From Eledone cirrhosa (taxonomy: Eukaryota): a DNA stretch of 64,000 nucleotides. Shown piece by piece: positions 12,756-24,365 of this stretch. Each line of letters begins with the position of its first letter. The first letter of the stretch is position 1. Position numbers and translations under genes: made by a program. The stretch covers positions 31,806,001 to 31,870,000 of the forward strand of contig OZ024747.1 in NCBI GenBank assembly GCA_964016885.1. Reading direction: 5' to 3'. The notes below the pieces were generated by a model. It had not been told where the DNA came from. It did not search any database and was given only the letters and a program-made list of their open reading frames with translations.

Positions 12756-14185
12756 AGCTAAGAAAAATACGGCAAGGCATCTCATCCAAAACTTTTACAA
12801 TTCTGACAAACCATCCCTTTGATCTACTACTTTATTTTATTGACGCTAGAAACCAAAAAGATGAAATGCAAGAGTGACTTTGGCAGGATTTTAATTCAGA
12901 GAGCAAAGAACAGGAACAAATATTACAAGGCTCTTTATCATATGCTATTGGGTATTTCACATTGCTCTTTCTGCTGCCAGGAGTTGCAACTGGTAGATCA
13001 ACTGGTAGATCAGCAATAGAAAGACCAATGAAAACATTGTTTCTTTGGTCTGATTTGATGCGTCCCACTTTGCTTAGTGAGAGAATGAGGTCAGGGATCT
13101 TGTTGATTGTTTAAAAAAGAAGTTGTCTCAAACAAATTTCCTGCCAATCATTGCAAACTAACACTGCTACACTGCTATTTTTTAAAAGCCAAAACTGATG
13201 ATCTAGCTAATATTTTTACTAACAGCAAAATTATTGGAAGAGCTATTGTATCTACAGTGATGGCGGTAGTCTAACACATCTAAAGGACATTTTCAGGTGC
13301 CTAAACTGATAAATAACAAACAGTAACAAACAAGGACAAGAACATCAACAGTTTGGCAATGTTCCTTCTTCCATGTGATGCCAGTGAAAGTACTAAGTTC
13401 CTTTGAAAGGAGCAAAGCCAAAAAACAGTTAATATAGAGACAGAAATATTAGAATAAGTGGTATCATTGAGGTATTAATATTCATGTGAAGTATGAAAGT
13501 ATTGGAACAGCACCAACTACTATATTATACTACATACACTTCAATATACAATACTGCTGCATAAATAAGAAAAAAGTAGCAAAGTGAAAGAAAACTACTT
13601 TGACACATAGCTGCCTTCACTCAATATTTTATCTGTGTTTGCTCTATTAAATTGTTTACAATAACAACAGCAGACATAAACATATGACCTATGTTCTTGG
13701 AGCTAAATTTTGTTTTTACTCACATTGATATTTTTTATTTACATTGATTAACATAAGTTTCCCAAAGAGAGCTCTGAAAAACGTAAAAGTTTTGTAATGG
13801 AATTTTGAGGCTACAAGAGATAAGGTATTTAATAATACAATTTAATAAACATTTTTGTTTCATTTTAAATCTTATTAAACAACTGTGTGTATATAGTGTT
13901 GAATAGGTATATGACATTATCAGAGGCAAATAAAAGACTTGATGTGAGAAAGGGTATCTGGCTGTAAAACATTGCCTTAAAAGCATCCCATCTCATGGAG
14001 CCTGCAAAGCTAACTCCTGCTTAAGCTGTGGAAATGGCCTTAAAAAACTTGACTTGTTTACTAGTTGTTTGTTAAACTATAGGTATGTGTTTGCTAGTAC
14101 AATAAATTAGGAACTAATGCCTTACTTTATATTCAGTGTGTATATACATACCTTAATAACTATATATATATATATATAAATAAAT

Positions 14186-14237
14186 GACTTCTACAGCGCT
14201 AGTGCAGTTTCATTCATGTGGAATCATCAGGAATGTC
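14186..14237 (-). ncRNA. Hammerhead ribozyme in a ~95-bp fold-back insertion (14180-14275)
   Basis: Reverse complement reads GACATTC-CTGATGA-TTCCACATGAAT-GAAA-C...G-TA-GAAGTC. The opposite arm has TTGATAA-TTTCATACGAAT-GAAACAG. Confidence 0.7.
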
Positions 14238-14289
14238 CATTGATAATTTCATACGAATGAAACAGTTCTAGTCATATATATATATGCTT

Positions 14290-15060
14290 ATTTTGTATTA
14301 ACGGTTTTTTAAGATAAACTTTTTTTTAAATTCCATGCTAAGATGGTTTTTTTTATGCTTAAGGATATATGACTTTGTCTCCTCTATTAAAATATGTGAT
14401 TCTTTTGGATGATCTGCCTTGATAACACTTCAATCTACATTTGATTTTTTTACTTTGATGATTCTATTTACTCAACATTAACTCATTTGGACGGTTTGGA
14501 AAAAATAATCATTACTAGTATGACAGAATTACATAGTCAAAATTGTTTTTAAATACATAATCAAAAATATTTGTTTAAATGCATAATAAAAGATATTTCT
14601 TTGAGATATATGTTTTAAATTTATATTTGAATTGCATGCCTCCTTTTATTAACTTTATTAATTTTCTTTATTGCTTATGATATATGCTTTTTACTGTACT
14701 TTACCTTTCTATTGCAGCATATTTTACAATTTTTCCATAACAGCAAGTTTTTAAAATTTTTAATGCTTTTATCTGCTCCTAATTTTTAATGATTTCCTCT
14801 GCTCCTAATTTTTATTGCATTTATATGCTCCTATTCTTCATATGCTTTTTCCCCCTCTGTTATCTTATATAAATGTTGATACTTATGCTTATCTAGCCTC
14901 CCATATTATGTATCCACCTAATGTTCTTGTGACAATGCTTTGATACTTAAGTTTGACCTTTATTATCTACTTCAATGATACCGGCCTTCAGCTAGGATGA
15001 AACGATTGTAAGTGATTTAATGTTTTAAACACTCTTTGATTGTCATTTATAATGTATTAT
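14290..15060 (+). mobile_element. Probable old PLE 3' UTR with a degenerate HHR at ~14968-15015
   Basis: GAAA-CGATTG-TA-AGTG with a damaged core. Its terminus TTTATAATGTATTA(TA)n is shared with ~38666-38680. Confidence 0.4.
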
Positions 15061-15070
15061 ATATATATAA

Positions 15071-15107
<37 letters not shown>

Positions 15108-17052
15108 GAGAGAGAGAGAGAGAGAGTGAGAGAGAGAGAGAGAGAGACTGCACCTTCCTTTGAGTATTCCCATGATTTGTGGTCTCCCCAGTCTCTGCAC
15201 TGGAGTCTCTCTCCCTCTCCTCCCCTCTCTCTCTGTATGTACACTACACTCCAATTCCTCTTATATTCAAACATCACATTGCTTGCCATTCCTATGTCAA
15301 CTGATTGTTTGCCACTATTTCAAATATTTAAATCAGTTGTAATTTACTTTTAATAAATCTAATGTGAAAAAATTGAAAAATTTGACTTGGAGATAAACAA
15401 ATGAATAAAAGATTAAAAAAAGACATTAAAGTAAAAATAAATTACTTCAATCTGAGAAACAATTATTGTAATTGAAGTTTAAACTTTAAAAAAAAATTTA
15501 AACACAATAACAACAGCAGCAACAACTCAAACAAAAATGTACTTTAAAAAAAAAATTTGAAGACAAAACTTCAAAAGGAAATTAGTATAAATGAAGTGGA
15601 CAATGTGTGTGTGTATGCCTGGTATATGTATTTACTACACACACACACACACATATATATGCATTCACACAAGTGTAACACATGTGTATGTGTATATGTC
15701 TGGATATATGTGTATTTACTATACACATATACATGCACACATACACACGTATATACACACACATATATGTGTGTATGTGTGCATTTGTTTATTTTTGAAA
15801 AAGAGAAAAACAGACAAGATTCTGTGTTGCAACAAAATCTTCTTATAGTAGATTGCAACTGAGGTTGTAGTGGTGGCGAGGGTCATGGAATTTGTGTGTA
15901 TGTCTTGTTGGTGGTGAAGATGGTAATAGATGGAGAGAGACAAAAGGGTGTTGGTGGTGGAGTAGGGTTAGGGATGGCAGGCAGCAGATAAAACCTTCAC
16001 TTTTTTTTCTTCTCTACCATAAAAAGACATAAGGAAATTTTCTACATGAAGTAAGTAACTGTATTGATTTAGAGTTGGACACTTTGAAATTAAAATACAG
16101 CCAAGCAAACACAAACAATAACAAGGCCATAGCAACAGCAACAACAACAGAAACATCAGTAACTGCCATAGAGAATTTAGTGGAAAGTGTATAAGAACAA
16201 GAGTAACTGCTGCCATAGTGAAAATTGTGGTAAGCGTGTAACAACAACAACAGTAGCCACAGGAGTAGTGATGATAGTAGTAAGGGTGTAGCAAGGGAAA
16301 AAACAGTTTTATTTAGAATAAGAACCACTACTGAACATTGTTATACTGATGGTAAATTGGCAGAATCATTGGTGCCAGCCAGTATTTGTTCCAGCTTTCT
16401 GTGTGCTCACTAAGGTCAACTTTGCCCTTCATATTTTCAGGGTTAATGAATAAGATAACAGTCCAAGGTAGTGGATTAGCAGAATTGTTAGATCATGGGA
16501 TGAAATGCCTTGTGGTATTTATTCCATCTGCTGTGATCTACTTAGATGGCTGACTTGATTTGCTATCTGGTTTAATACAACCACTAGGCTTTTCAATACC
16601 TTCAGTATGTTTATTTTGTTGCAGAGGCATAACTTGAAATGTGTAAGCCTTATCAAAATCATAGGTCCAATTGGCTCACAGGGGCAGATTTTTTTTGGAG
16701 GACAGTGGGAGCAAATGTCCTGAGCCCCCCACTCATCAAATAAAGACCCCTTCTCTGAACAAATTCCTTTTCCCTCTCGCTTTCTATCTTCCTGCTTATG
16801 TGTGCATATATATATATGTATATATGCATATATATATATGTGTGTGTGTGTATATGAATGTATTGTTATATGCGGGGGAGGCACAAAACCTGAACTTCCC
16901 CAGAGCACCCCCCCCCCCCCCCCCCGGTCTAATCCAGTCCTATTGACTCACTTGACTCAACTGTTTAAGTCTGACCTGTACAGGGTATAGATATTCTCTT
17001 TGATAATTATGTATGGAGAATTTGCTTCAATATGTTATTATAGTCATTAAAA

Positions 17053-17240
17053 ATAATTGTTTCTACGTTAGGCACAAGGCCATCAATTACCCAGTGCATT
17101 ACTGGTACTTTATTTTATCGACCCCGTAAGGATGAAAGGCAAAGTTAACCTCGGCGAGATTTGAACTCAGAATGGCAAGGGCCGTAACTCTATACGTCAA
17201 AGCATGGCGTCCGACCCTCTCCCAATACTGCCAATCCACC
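17053..17240 (-). mobile_element. Meta-type tRNA SINE
   Basis: Near-identical reverse complement of 48392-48582. Confidence 0.9.
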
Positions 17241-17404
17241 TTTTAGCCCTCTGCACATATGTACATCAGCATCATCATATGTATGTGTGTAAGATTGTAT
17301 GTAAATGTGATGTCAACATGAATGGACCTGTTATTTTCATCTAAAGAGATTTTTTTTCAATTCCACCTCGTCCATCGCGTCAATCTATCTTATTTCTCAT
17401 TCTT

Positions 17405-17440
17405 TCTTCTGATGAAGGACTAGCGTCCAAAACGTTAAGA
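17405..17440 (+). ncRNA. Minimal hammerhead, G12A (probably inactive)
   Basis: TCTT-CTGATGA-AGGACTAGCGTCC-AAAA-CG-TT-AAGA. A relative lies at 24615-24649 (minus). Confidence 0.65.
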
Positions 17441-17540
17441 CCCTCTTCCTGCTATTTCAAGCGTTAACCTAATATATTCCTTCCATATACTGTACCAATT
17501 GTGTTGTTATTTCTGTTTACCTTTTATATATATATATATA

Positions 17541-17991
17541 AGGGATAACAAAATATTGTTATAGGTAATCCAGTTAGAGGTTGTGAATACTTCTTATTAT
17601 GGATAGTTTTAGTGCACGCCCTTGTTTCACTCAACAAGAGGTTTACGTAAATGACGAGTTTATGATTTCACTTGTATTTCTATGTAAGTTTATCTTGGTG
17701 TAATAAAATTGAAAAAGTGGAGAATAACATGGTCAACAGTACAAAAAAGTGGATTTATTTACAGTCTAACAATTGTATCACTGATAAAGTTGCTGAACAC
17801 TAGAAGCAGTGCCAGTCAATTTTAAACATGATGTTAGCTCGATCAGATCTTCGGAAACTGTTAACATCGTATTTAAAACTGAGTGGTACTGCTTCTAGTG
17901 TTCAGCAACTTTATCAATGATACAATTGTTAGACTGTAAATAAATCCACTTTTTTGTACTGTTGACCCTGTTATTCTCCACTTTTTCAATT
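17541..17991. mobile_element. Fold-back mini-PLE in (TA)n with an HHR at 17761-17861 (minus)
   Basis: Inverted arms 17707-17835 and 17863-17991. HHR reads ACAGTTT-CCGAAGA-TCTGAT..ATCAGT-GATA-CAATTG-TT-AGACTGT. Confidence 0.85.
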
Positions 17992-18033
17992 ATATATATA
18001 TATATATATACATTTCAATTGCTATATACACAT

Positions 18034-18067
<34 letters not shown>

Positions 18068-18127
18068 TATACACATACACACACACACTATATATATATA
18101 CACAGACATATATATATATATGTATAT

Positions 18128-18590
18128 GGGATAACAAGTTATCGTTATAGGTAATCGAGTTAGAGGTTGTGAGTACTCTGTGTCGTGGATAGTTTTAACG
18201 GACGGCTTTGTTTAACTCAACAAGATGTTTCCATAGTTAGGCAGCGAGTTCACGGTAATTTCTATGCAGGTTGTACTTGGAGTAATAATAGTTAAAGAAA
18301 GAAGAGTAACATGGTTGGCTGTACAATAAGGGGCTTTATTTAAAGTACTGACAATTGTTTCGTTGATCAGGTGAGTCTAGAGTTCACTAATCGCTTGAGG
18401 TTGCATCAATCGATCTCCAATACATTATTTACCTCTGGTCAACACATCAGAGCACGTAGATATGAGTATGGATACGCAACCTCAAGCGATTAGCGAACTC
18501 TAGACACACCTGATCAACGAAACCATTTTTAGTACTTTAAATAAAGCCCTTATTGTACAGCCAACCATGTTACTCTTCTTACTTTAACTA
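18128..18590. mobile_element. Fold-back mini-PLE (related to 17541 and 50158)
   Basis: Same left terminus GGGATAACAA..ATAGGTAATC.AGTTAGAGGTT. Inverted arms ~18289-18404 and 18476-18590. Confidence 0.85.
18345..18455 (-). ncRNA. Hammerhead ribozyme, CTGATGT (A9U) core, long stem II
   Basis: Reverse complement reads GTGCT-CTGATGT-GTTGACCAG..CTGATCAAC-GAAA-CAATTG-TC-AGTAC. Confidence 0.75.
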
Positions 18591-18596
18591 TATGTA

Positions 18597-18943
18597 TCAT
18601 CATCATCATCATCATCATCATCATTTCATTTTAAGTCCGCTTTTTCCCTGCTGGGACGGGAACTGATTCTGGCTTGATTTCTACAGCTTGATGCCCTTCC
18701 TAACACCAACCTCATTTACAGTGAGTGCTGGGTGCTTTTTTGCCATGGCACCTCCACGACCAATTTGCAGTGGAGTGATATGGACCCCAGTCCCAATCAT
18801 CTCATTTCTACAGCTGAGTAAACTGGAGCAATGTGAAATAAAGTGTCTTGCTCAAGGAAACAACACATCACCCGGTCTGAGATTTGAACTCACAACCTTT
18901 TGATTGCAAGGCCAATGCTCTAACCACTAAGCCATGTGCTTCC
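18597..18943 (-). mobile_element. CORE-SINE with RTE tail
   Basis: Reverse complement of the 12415/33796 family. Ends in (GAT)n. Confidence 0.9.
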
Positions 18944-18961
18944 ATGTGTGTGTATATATAT

Positions 18962-19503
18962 AGTTGGCGACTAAACTGGCAACCCCACCAAGGTTTCTTG
19001 GTGAGGAGGGTGACTTTGGACATCCTGCAGGACTAAAAACAAAACCTGTCAAAGGGCAAGGGAGCTCTTAAGAGTCAATAGCCATCCAAAATCACCGGGA
19101 GAGATGACCCCTTAGCCTTTGTCAAGGCAGAATTCTAGGATAAGGAAAACTCTGATATAACACCTGCAACCCTGATGGTATCCAATGATGTTGACTTGTT
19201 CTTCTTTTTGGTAAATATCATCTTGGTTAAGAGAGTGGGACTGGCTTTGTGCAGTGCCTTTGCTCACTATAAAAGCTTCACAGTACAGGCATTGCTTTAT
19301 ATCTGGAGATCTCTCTGCACTTGTCATCACATGGTACCATGGGCCCTGCACTATGTGTCAATAATGGTCACAAGTGTAGACTTTGTACCAGAGTTTTCAA
19401 GTCACTGGCTGGACTAAAAAGTCACATTCGTTCAGCGCATCGGTGGGGGTTCTCCTACACGGATATAAAGTAGTGGCCGTACTCGAAAACGAGTTGGCAG
19501 CCA

Positions 19504-19506
<3 letters not shown>
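18962..19506 (+). mobile_element. Non-autonomous bipartite RTE-like element (copy 1)
   Basis: Near-identical to 54714-55257. The 3' part encodes [25 protein letters not shown] (C2H2 finger). Ends directly in (TA)n. Confidence 0.7.
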
Positions 19507-19544
<38 letters not shown>

Positions 19545-19548
<4 letters not shown>

Positions 19549-19750
19549 GAAGGAAATGTGGTAAGGAACCAGGTGGACCATAACGCACCAAAGTACTCAA
19601 TACTTGGGGTAGTAGAGTGGGTAATAGGAACCAGTAAGACCCCGACGGCTGAGCTCAAGCCGTTTCGACGGCTAATTCTGGACTAATTCAGTCCAGAATT
19701 AGCCGTCGAAACGGCTTGAGCTCAGCCGTCGGGGCCTTACTGGTTCCTAT
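19545..19750. mobile_element. Fold-back mini-PLE with the 3' half of an HHR in both arms
   Basis: Near-perfect palindrome 19624-19750 containing GAAA-CGGC-TTGAGCTCA-GCCG-TC-GGGG. Relatives at 32810-32947, 39101-39170 and 51640-51778. Confidence 0.8.
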
Positions 19751-19780
19751 ATATATATATATATAGTAATAATAATAAAA

Positions 19781-20788
19781 TTGAAGACTAAAATCCAAAG
19801 AGTTGAGGCCAATCTCTCGGTCGTTAATTACCTCGACGTTACCCTCAATTTATTGAATGGGTTGTTTTACCCGTATAGAAAGCCAAATGATAGGCTTAAT
19901 TACATAAGTAAGCATTCCAACCATCCTGCCAGCATAACCAAGAACCTGGTAAGAAACGTTTCGTTGAGGCTTTCCCGTCTTTCCACAAACGAGCGCATTT
20001 TCAACGACCATTCCACTTATTACAATGAAGCTCTTGCTCGAAGTGGATTTGTTGATAAGGTAGCATATACAGAGTACGAAAATAGACCTAGAAGAAATAG
20101 ATCCCGTCGCATTTGTTGGTTTAACCCACCATATAATATGGAGGTGGCCACACCATTAGCTAAGATCTTTCTTTCCCTTATTACGAAGCATTTTCCCCCT
20201 ACACATAAATATAGTAACATTTTTAATAGAAATACTATTAAAATTTATTACTCTACGACTCCTAACCTTGCACATAACATCACAGCTTCAAATTTAGCTA
20301 AACTACCTAGCCGTAGGAACACGTGCAACCCTGTAGGTAGTACTAACTGTAATTGTAGGAATCGGGCTGATTGCCCCCTATCCGGGAAATGCCTCTCTAG
20401 TAACATTGTCTACAAATGTAACATTGTAACACCCACGTCCCGTAGGGCCTACATAGGGTTAACCGCCAATAGTTTCAAGCAGCGTCTTTACATGCATACC
20501 CATTCTTTTCGTTACCCTCTAAGAAGGAATATGACATCACTTTCAGCTTATATCTGGAGTCTAAAAGACAACCACACCCAATATAAGTTACACTGGGAGA
20601 TCCTAGCTAGGGCTAGATCGTATAACGGAAATAAAAGACCATGTGACCTCTGCGCCGCTGAGGCCCTGGAAATACTCTACGCTACAGACCACATCTTAAA
20701 CAAAAAATCTGAGGCAATTTCGGCTTGTAAACATAAATTGCACAAAACTTTCCTGTATTACAGCCCCATGTTATACCCTAACGGATAG
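19781..20788 (+). CDS. PLE RT thumb + Cys linker + GIY-YIG endonuclease (5'-truncated, uninterrupted)
   Basis: NYLDVTL, YPYRKPND, WFNPPYN, CNCRNRADCPLSGKC, NIVYKC..AYIGLT..FKQRLYMH, CDLC..E. Confidence 0.92.
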   Translation: MKTKIQRVEANLSVVNYLDVTLNLLNGLFYPYRKPNDRLNYISKHSNHPASITKNLVRNVSLRLSRLSTNERIFNDHSTYYNEALARSGFVDKVAYTEYENRPRRNRSRRICWFNPPYNMEVATPLAKIFLSLITKHFPPTHKYSNIFNRNTIKIYYSTTPNLAHNITASNLAKLPSRRNTCNPVGSTNCNCRNRADCPLSGKCLSSNIVYKCNIVTPTSRRAYIGLTANSFKQRLYMHTHSFRYPLRRNMTSLSAYIWSLKDNHTQYKLHWEILARARSYNGNKRPCDLCAAEALEILYATDHILNKKSEAISACKHKLHKTFLYYSPMLYPNG

Positions 20789-21700
20789 CACGATCTATAC
20801 GTGGATATTTTACGTCTTGATGTGGGAGCTAAGTATATGTTTTGTTTATTCCTTTACTTATTTGCATAGGTAAGTATATATTACCCGTATGTTTTGTGAA
20901 GGTATGTATACCTTCTCGTACGTATATTTGACTGTTATAGCGTATAATTTTTACATATTCTGGTATTTAGTGTTTGGCTATGTGTATACGGGAGTTTTGC
21001 GTCCGCGTGAGTGTGCAGGTTCGTACGTATGGTGGGTGTGTGTATATGTGTACTTCTTGTTTTAGTTGACTTACGTCTCCGAACATTCGTGTAGTTATAT
21101 GTAGGTATGCGTGTGCGCTTGTTATATACGTATTTATTTGCTTATATACGTTTATATAATTATTTATTTATTTGGACACAAGCATACACACACACACATA
21201 TTTATATGTGCGTGGTTTTGTATACCCTTGGTAAGGTTTTGCGTATGCTTGTGTATGTACGTATCTGTTTGCGTGTATGTATTTATTTGTTCCTATTACT
21301 TCTGTATTGTATTTATTTACTTTGTTCTTAACTCTGTAGCGGAGATTCATTTGGTCTCCTAGTTAGAATTTTAGTCTACGATTTCTGCTATACCATTTAC
21401 GTGGTTTTGTCTTTGTGTGCTATTGTTCTCCACGCTCCACATATGACTTATTATCTTCGTTTTTTCGTTCATTGCCAGAGAACGTCTCTATGCACCACCT
21501 AAGAGAACATTAGTCTACGACCTCTTTTATACCATAAACGTGGTTTTGTCTTTGCGCGTAATTGTTTTTCACCGCTCCTATTAATGACGTGTTATTCATT
21601 TTTTCCTGTTCTTTGCCAGCGAACGTTACCACGAACCAAAGTATCGTCTTCCTGTCTTCCTCCGGTTGCAACGTTTTTTGAAATATCCAGTTCTGCGTTT

Positions 21701-21776
21701 ACAGATTGACTTTGTTAGTTTCAGAAGATCCCGTTAAGGGTGAAAGCAGCGATTCTTTGCTTAAACTTCAATCTGT
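21701..21776 (+). ncRNA. Extended type I hammerhead ribozyme, U4A core
   Basis: ACAGATTGA-[7-nt bulge]-AGTTT-CAGAAGA-TCCCGTTAAGGGT-GAAA-GCA-(9)-TGC-TT-AAACT-TCAATCTGT. Both stem I segments pair perfectly. Confidence 0.8.
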
Positions 21777-21783
21777 TATTTTA

Positions 21784-21823
<40 letters not shown>

Positions 21824-22044
21824 GTGTGTGTGTGTGTGTGTGTATTTATATATAGTAACTGTAACTTTATATGGCAAGTATGAACATAAAAATAAGTATT
21901 CAATATTACATTACAAGAGTGACTTTATATATATTTTATGTTGTGAAATTCAATATAACTGAGAGCAGTCATCAGGTAAAATGTATGCCTATTCCTTTCA
22001 AATTAATTGTTATCCATCATCATCATCTTTATTATTACTATCAT

Positions 22045-22490
22045 CATCATCATCATCATCATCATCATATCTATTTTTCTTTGTTTGCATGAATTGGATT
22101 GGTTTTCTCTAGCACAGCTTTCCTCTATTTAGTCATTTCCTCTGTATGGCTCAAAATTTTCAGATCAGCTCTCACCACTTCTCTCCAAATTTTCGTCAGT
22201 CTTCTTTTTCTTTAACTTCCTTACATTGGGAACTCTTGGCCCTTCTTCACCCAATCATCACCCATATGCATCACTTATCCATACAAATACAATCTTCTCT
22301 TTTGCTTGCACACTGCATAAGATTTTGCTTATGCCCAGTTTTTCTCTTAACTTATCTGCACTTTGTTGTTCATGCGCAAACATTACACATCCAGTGAAGC
22401 ATTTTGAGCTAATCTCTTTCCAGCCTCTGCACATATTTTGTAGTCAATGTCCATGCCTCATTGTGCTGCAACATTGCACTTCACATACTA
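22045..22490 (-). pseudogene. Decayed RTE 3' fragment
   Basis: RT C-terminal remnants and a (GAT)n tail on minus. Confidence 0.65.
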
Positions 22491-23064
22491 TATAAAGCAC
22501 TAGTAATGCACTGGGGTCGATTTAATTGATTTCCCATCCCTTCAGATTGCTGGGATTGTGCTAAATGTAGTTTTATTAGTCAGTTGAGCATTTTTTCCAA
22601 CAATAACCCTCACCACAAAACTTGAATCCTCAAGCCAAAACTAGAAACAATTCAGAATTGGTAGAGTATCCCGTAAAATGCTTTCTAGTATTTAACTTCA
22701 AATCTCTGCATTCTGAGTTCAAATACTGCCACAGTCTACTGAATCCTCCAGCATTATGGGGTTCATAAAATAAATACTGACATCAGTCTCATATTATTAA
22801 AATATTGGTGAGTTTTCACAAATTCCATTAACTTCTTCCATTATCTTTAGAATTATTTGTGAAAACTGTTCTAAATTAGATATAAACTATGTTGCATAGA
22901 ATTTCCCGGTATATATGATATATTTGTATGTATATATATAATATATTTGAAAGAAAACCTGTCTGCCATATATACAAATATATAATATATTATGTATTTA
23001 TTTGAATATGTAGCTTGAATTCATTTTCTAAAATCACATTATTTTAATTTTAGTTGTAAGTGTG

Positions 23065-23375
23065 AGAGATCTTGGGAAAATTGAGGGGGAAGTTGGGTTT
23101 AAGAGGAATCCGGGGTGATGTGCAGGAGAGAAAACTGCGTTGATATAGACATGTGATGCGCATGTGATTGCAGGGTGAAGAAGTGCCAGGAAATGTCAAT
23201 GAAAGGAAGCCACAGTTGAGGTAGACCAAGATAGACCTAGGCAGAGGTGACCTCAAATCACCGAGACTCACAGAGGAGATGACAAAGGAAGGTGATGAGT
23301 AGAGTGATGCCATGCTGAGAAGGACCAGTACAGCCCGTGCACATGTGGAAAAAAGGACACAAAAATGGTGATGAT
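23065..23375 (+). pseudogene. Decayed RTE 3' fragment
   Basis: Similar to 49070-49408. Confidence 0.7.
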
Positions 23376-23389
23376 TATTATTTATCATT

Positions 23390-23572
23390 GGACGGTGAAT
23401 TGGCAGTATCGGTAGAGGGTTGGACACCATGCTTTCTAGCATAGTCCCTTTACATTCTGAGTTCAAATCCTGTCGAGGTTAACTTTGCCTTTCATCCTTA
23501 TGGGGTCGATAAAATAAAGTACCAGTAATGTACTGGGTAATTGCTGGCGTTGTGCCAAAAGTAGAAACAATT
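23390..23572 (+). mobile_element. Meta-type tRNA SINE
   Basis: TGGCAGTATCGG..GTTCAAATCC..GCCTTTCATCCTTATGGGGTCGATAAAA. Confidence 0.9.
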
Positions 23573-23884
23573 ATTTATCATTGGGGTGGAGGATTAGTTG
23601 AAATTATAGAGCATGGAATAAAATGCAGTTGCATTATTTATTCTTGATCTTTACAGATTCTGTCATGATAAACTTTGTCTTTCATTCTTCCAAGGGCTGA
23701 TAAAAATACCAGTCAAGTACTAGGGTTGATTTAATTGATTTTGCCTTTATTTTAAATTTGATTGTTTTGTGCTTGGGGTTCGATCCCACATAGCAGCCAA
23801 TAGCAACTTCTTTTTCCATCTTTAAGTGTCTTCGCCATATTTTATAACATCTTCGTGTATAAGCACGCCATTCTTTATATTAAC

Positions 23885-24365
23885 ATCTAAACTATAATAA
23901 AGTAAGGAGTGCGGGACTGTGTACGGTTTATAATTATTTATCCCATTAGTAAAATAAGTTGGATTACTTTGAATAAATAATGAATGAATATTACATAATT
24001 TATCTACTAAATTTCGTAGCTGTTGCTACGAAATATTTTATTGTTTATTTAAAGATTCACTTCTTTAAAATTTTCAAATGTCAACACTTCCGTTTAGCGA
24101 TTGCTTAAATAAACATTCATATATTTCTGTCACTAATTTTCTCCTAATGCAGTTTATATATAATGTTTTTTTAATGTATCATGGATTACGTTACTGATTA
24201 CATAAGACAGTGTAACAACGTCTTCATTCAATTTTTGTGTATATTGTCAATTAAGGTTTTATTTGATGTATCATATCTACATGCATATATACTTGCGTAT
24301 AATATCAAGATGTACACTACACATGCTAGCAGAAAAATCACCCAAAGGGTGGTTTTTCTGCTATG
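23885..24365 (+). mobile_element. Non-autonomous Helitron
   Basis: 5' A|TCTAAACTATAATAAAG and 3' hairpin AGCAGAAAAATCACCC-AAA-GGGTGGTTTTTCTGCT. Homologous to 9586-10302. Confidence 0.65.

Larger units (their letters stand above)
19764..21790 (+). mobile_element. 5'-truncated Penelope-like element (Naiad-like) with 3' HHR
   Basis: Short inverted 'tail' at the 5' junction, ORF, ~1-kb 3' UTR, HHR, AATAAA, then (TA)n. Confidence 0.9.
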
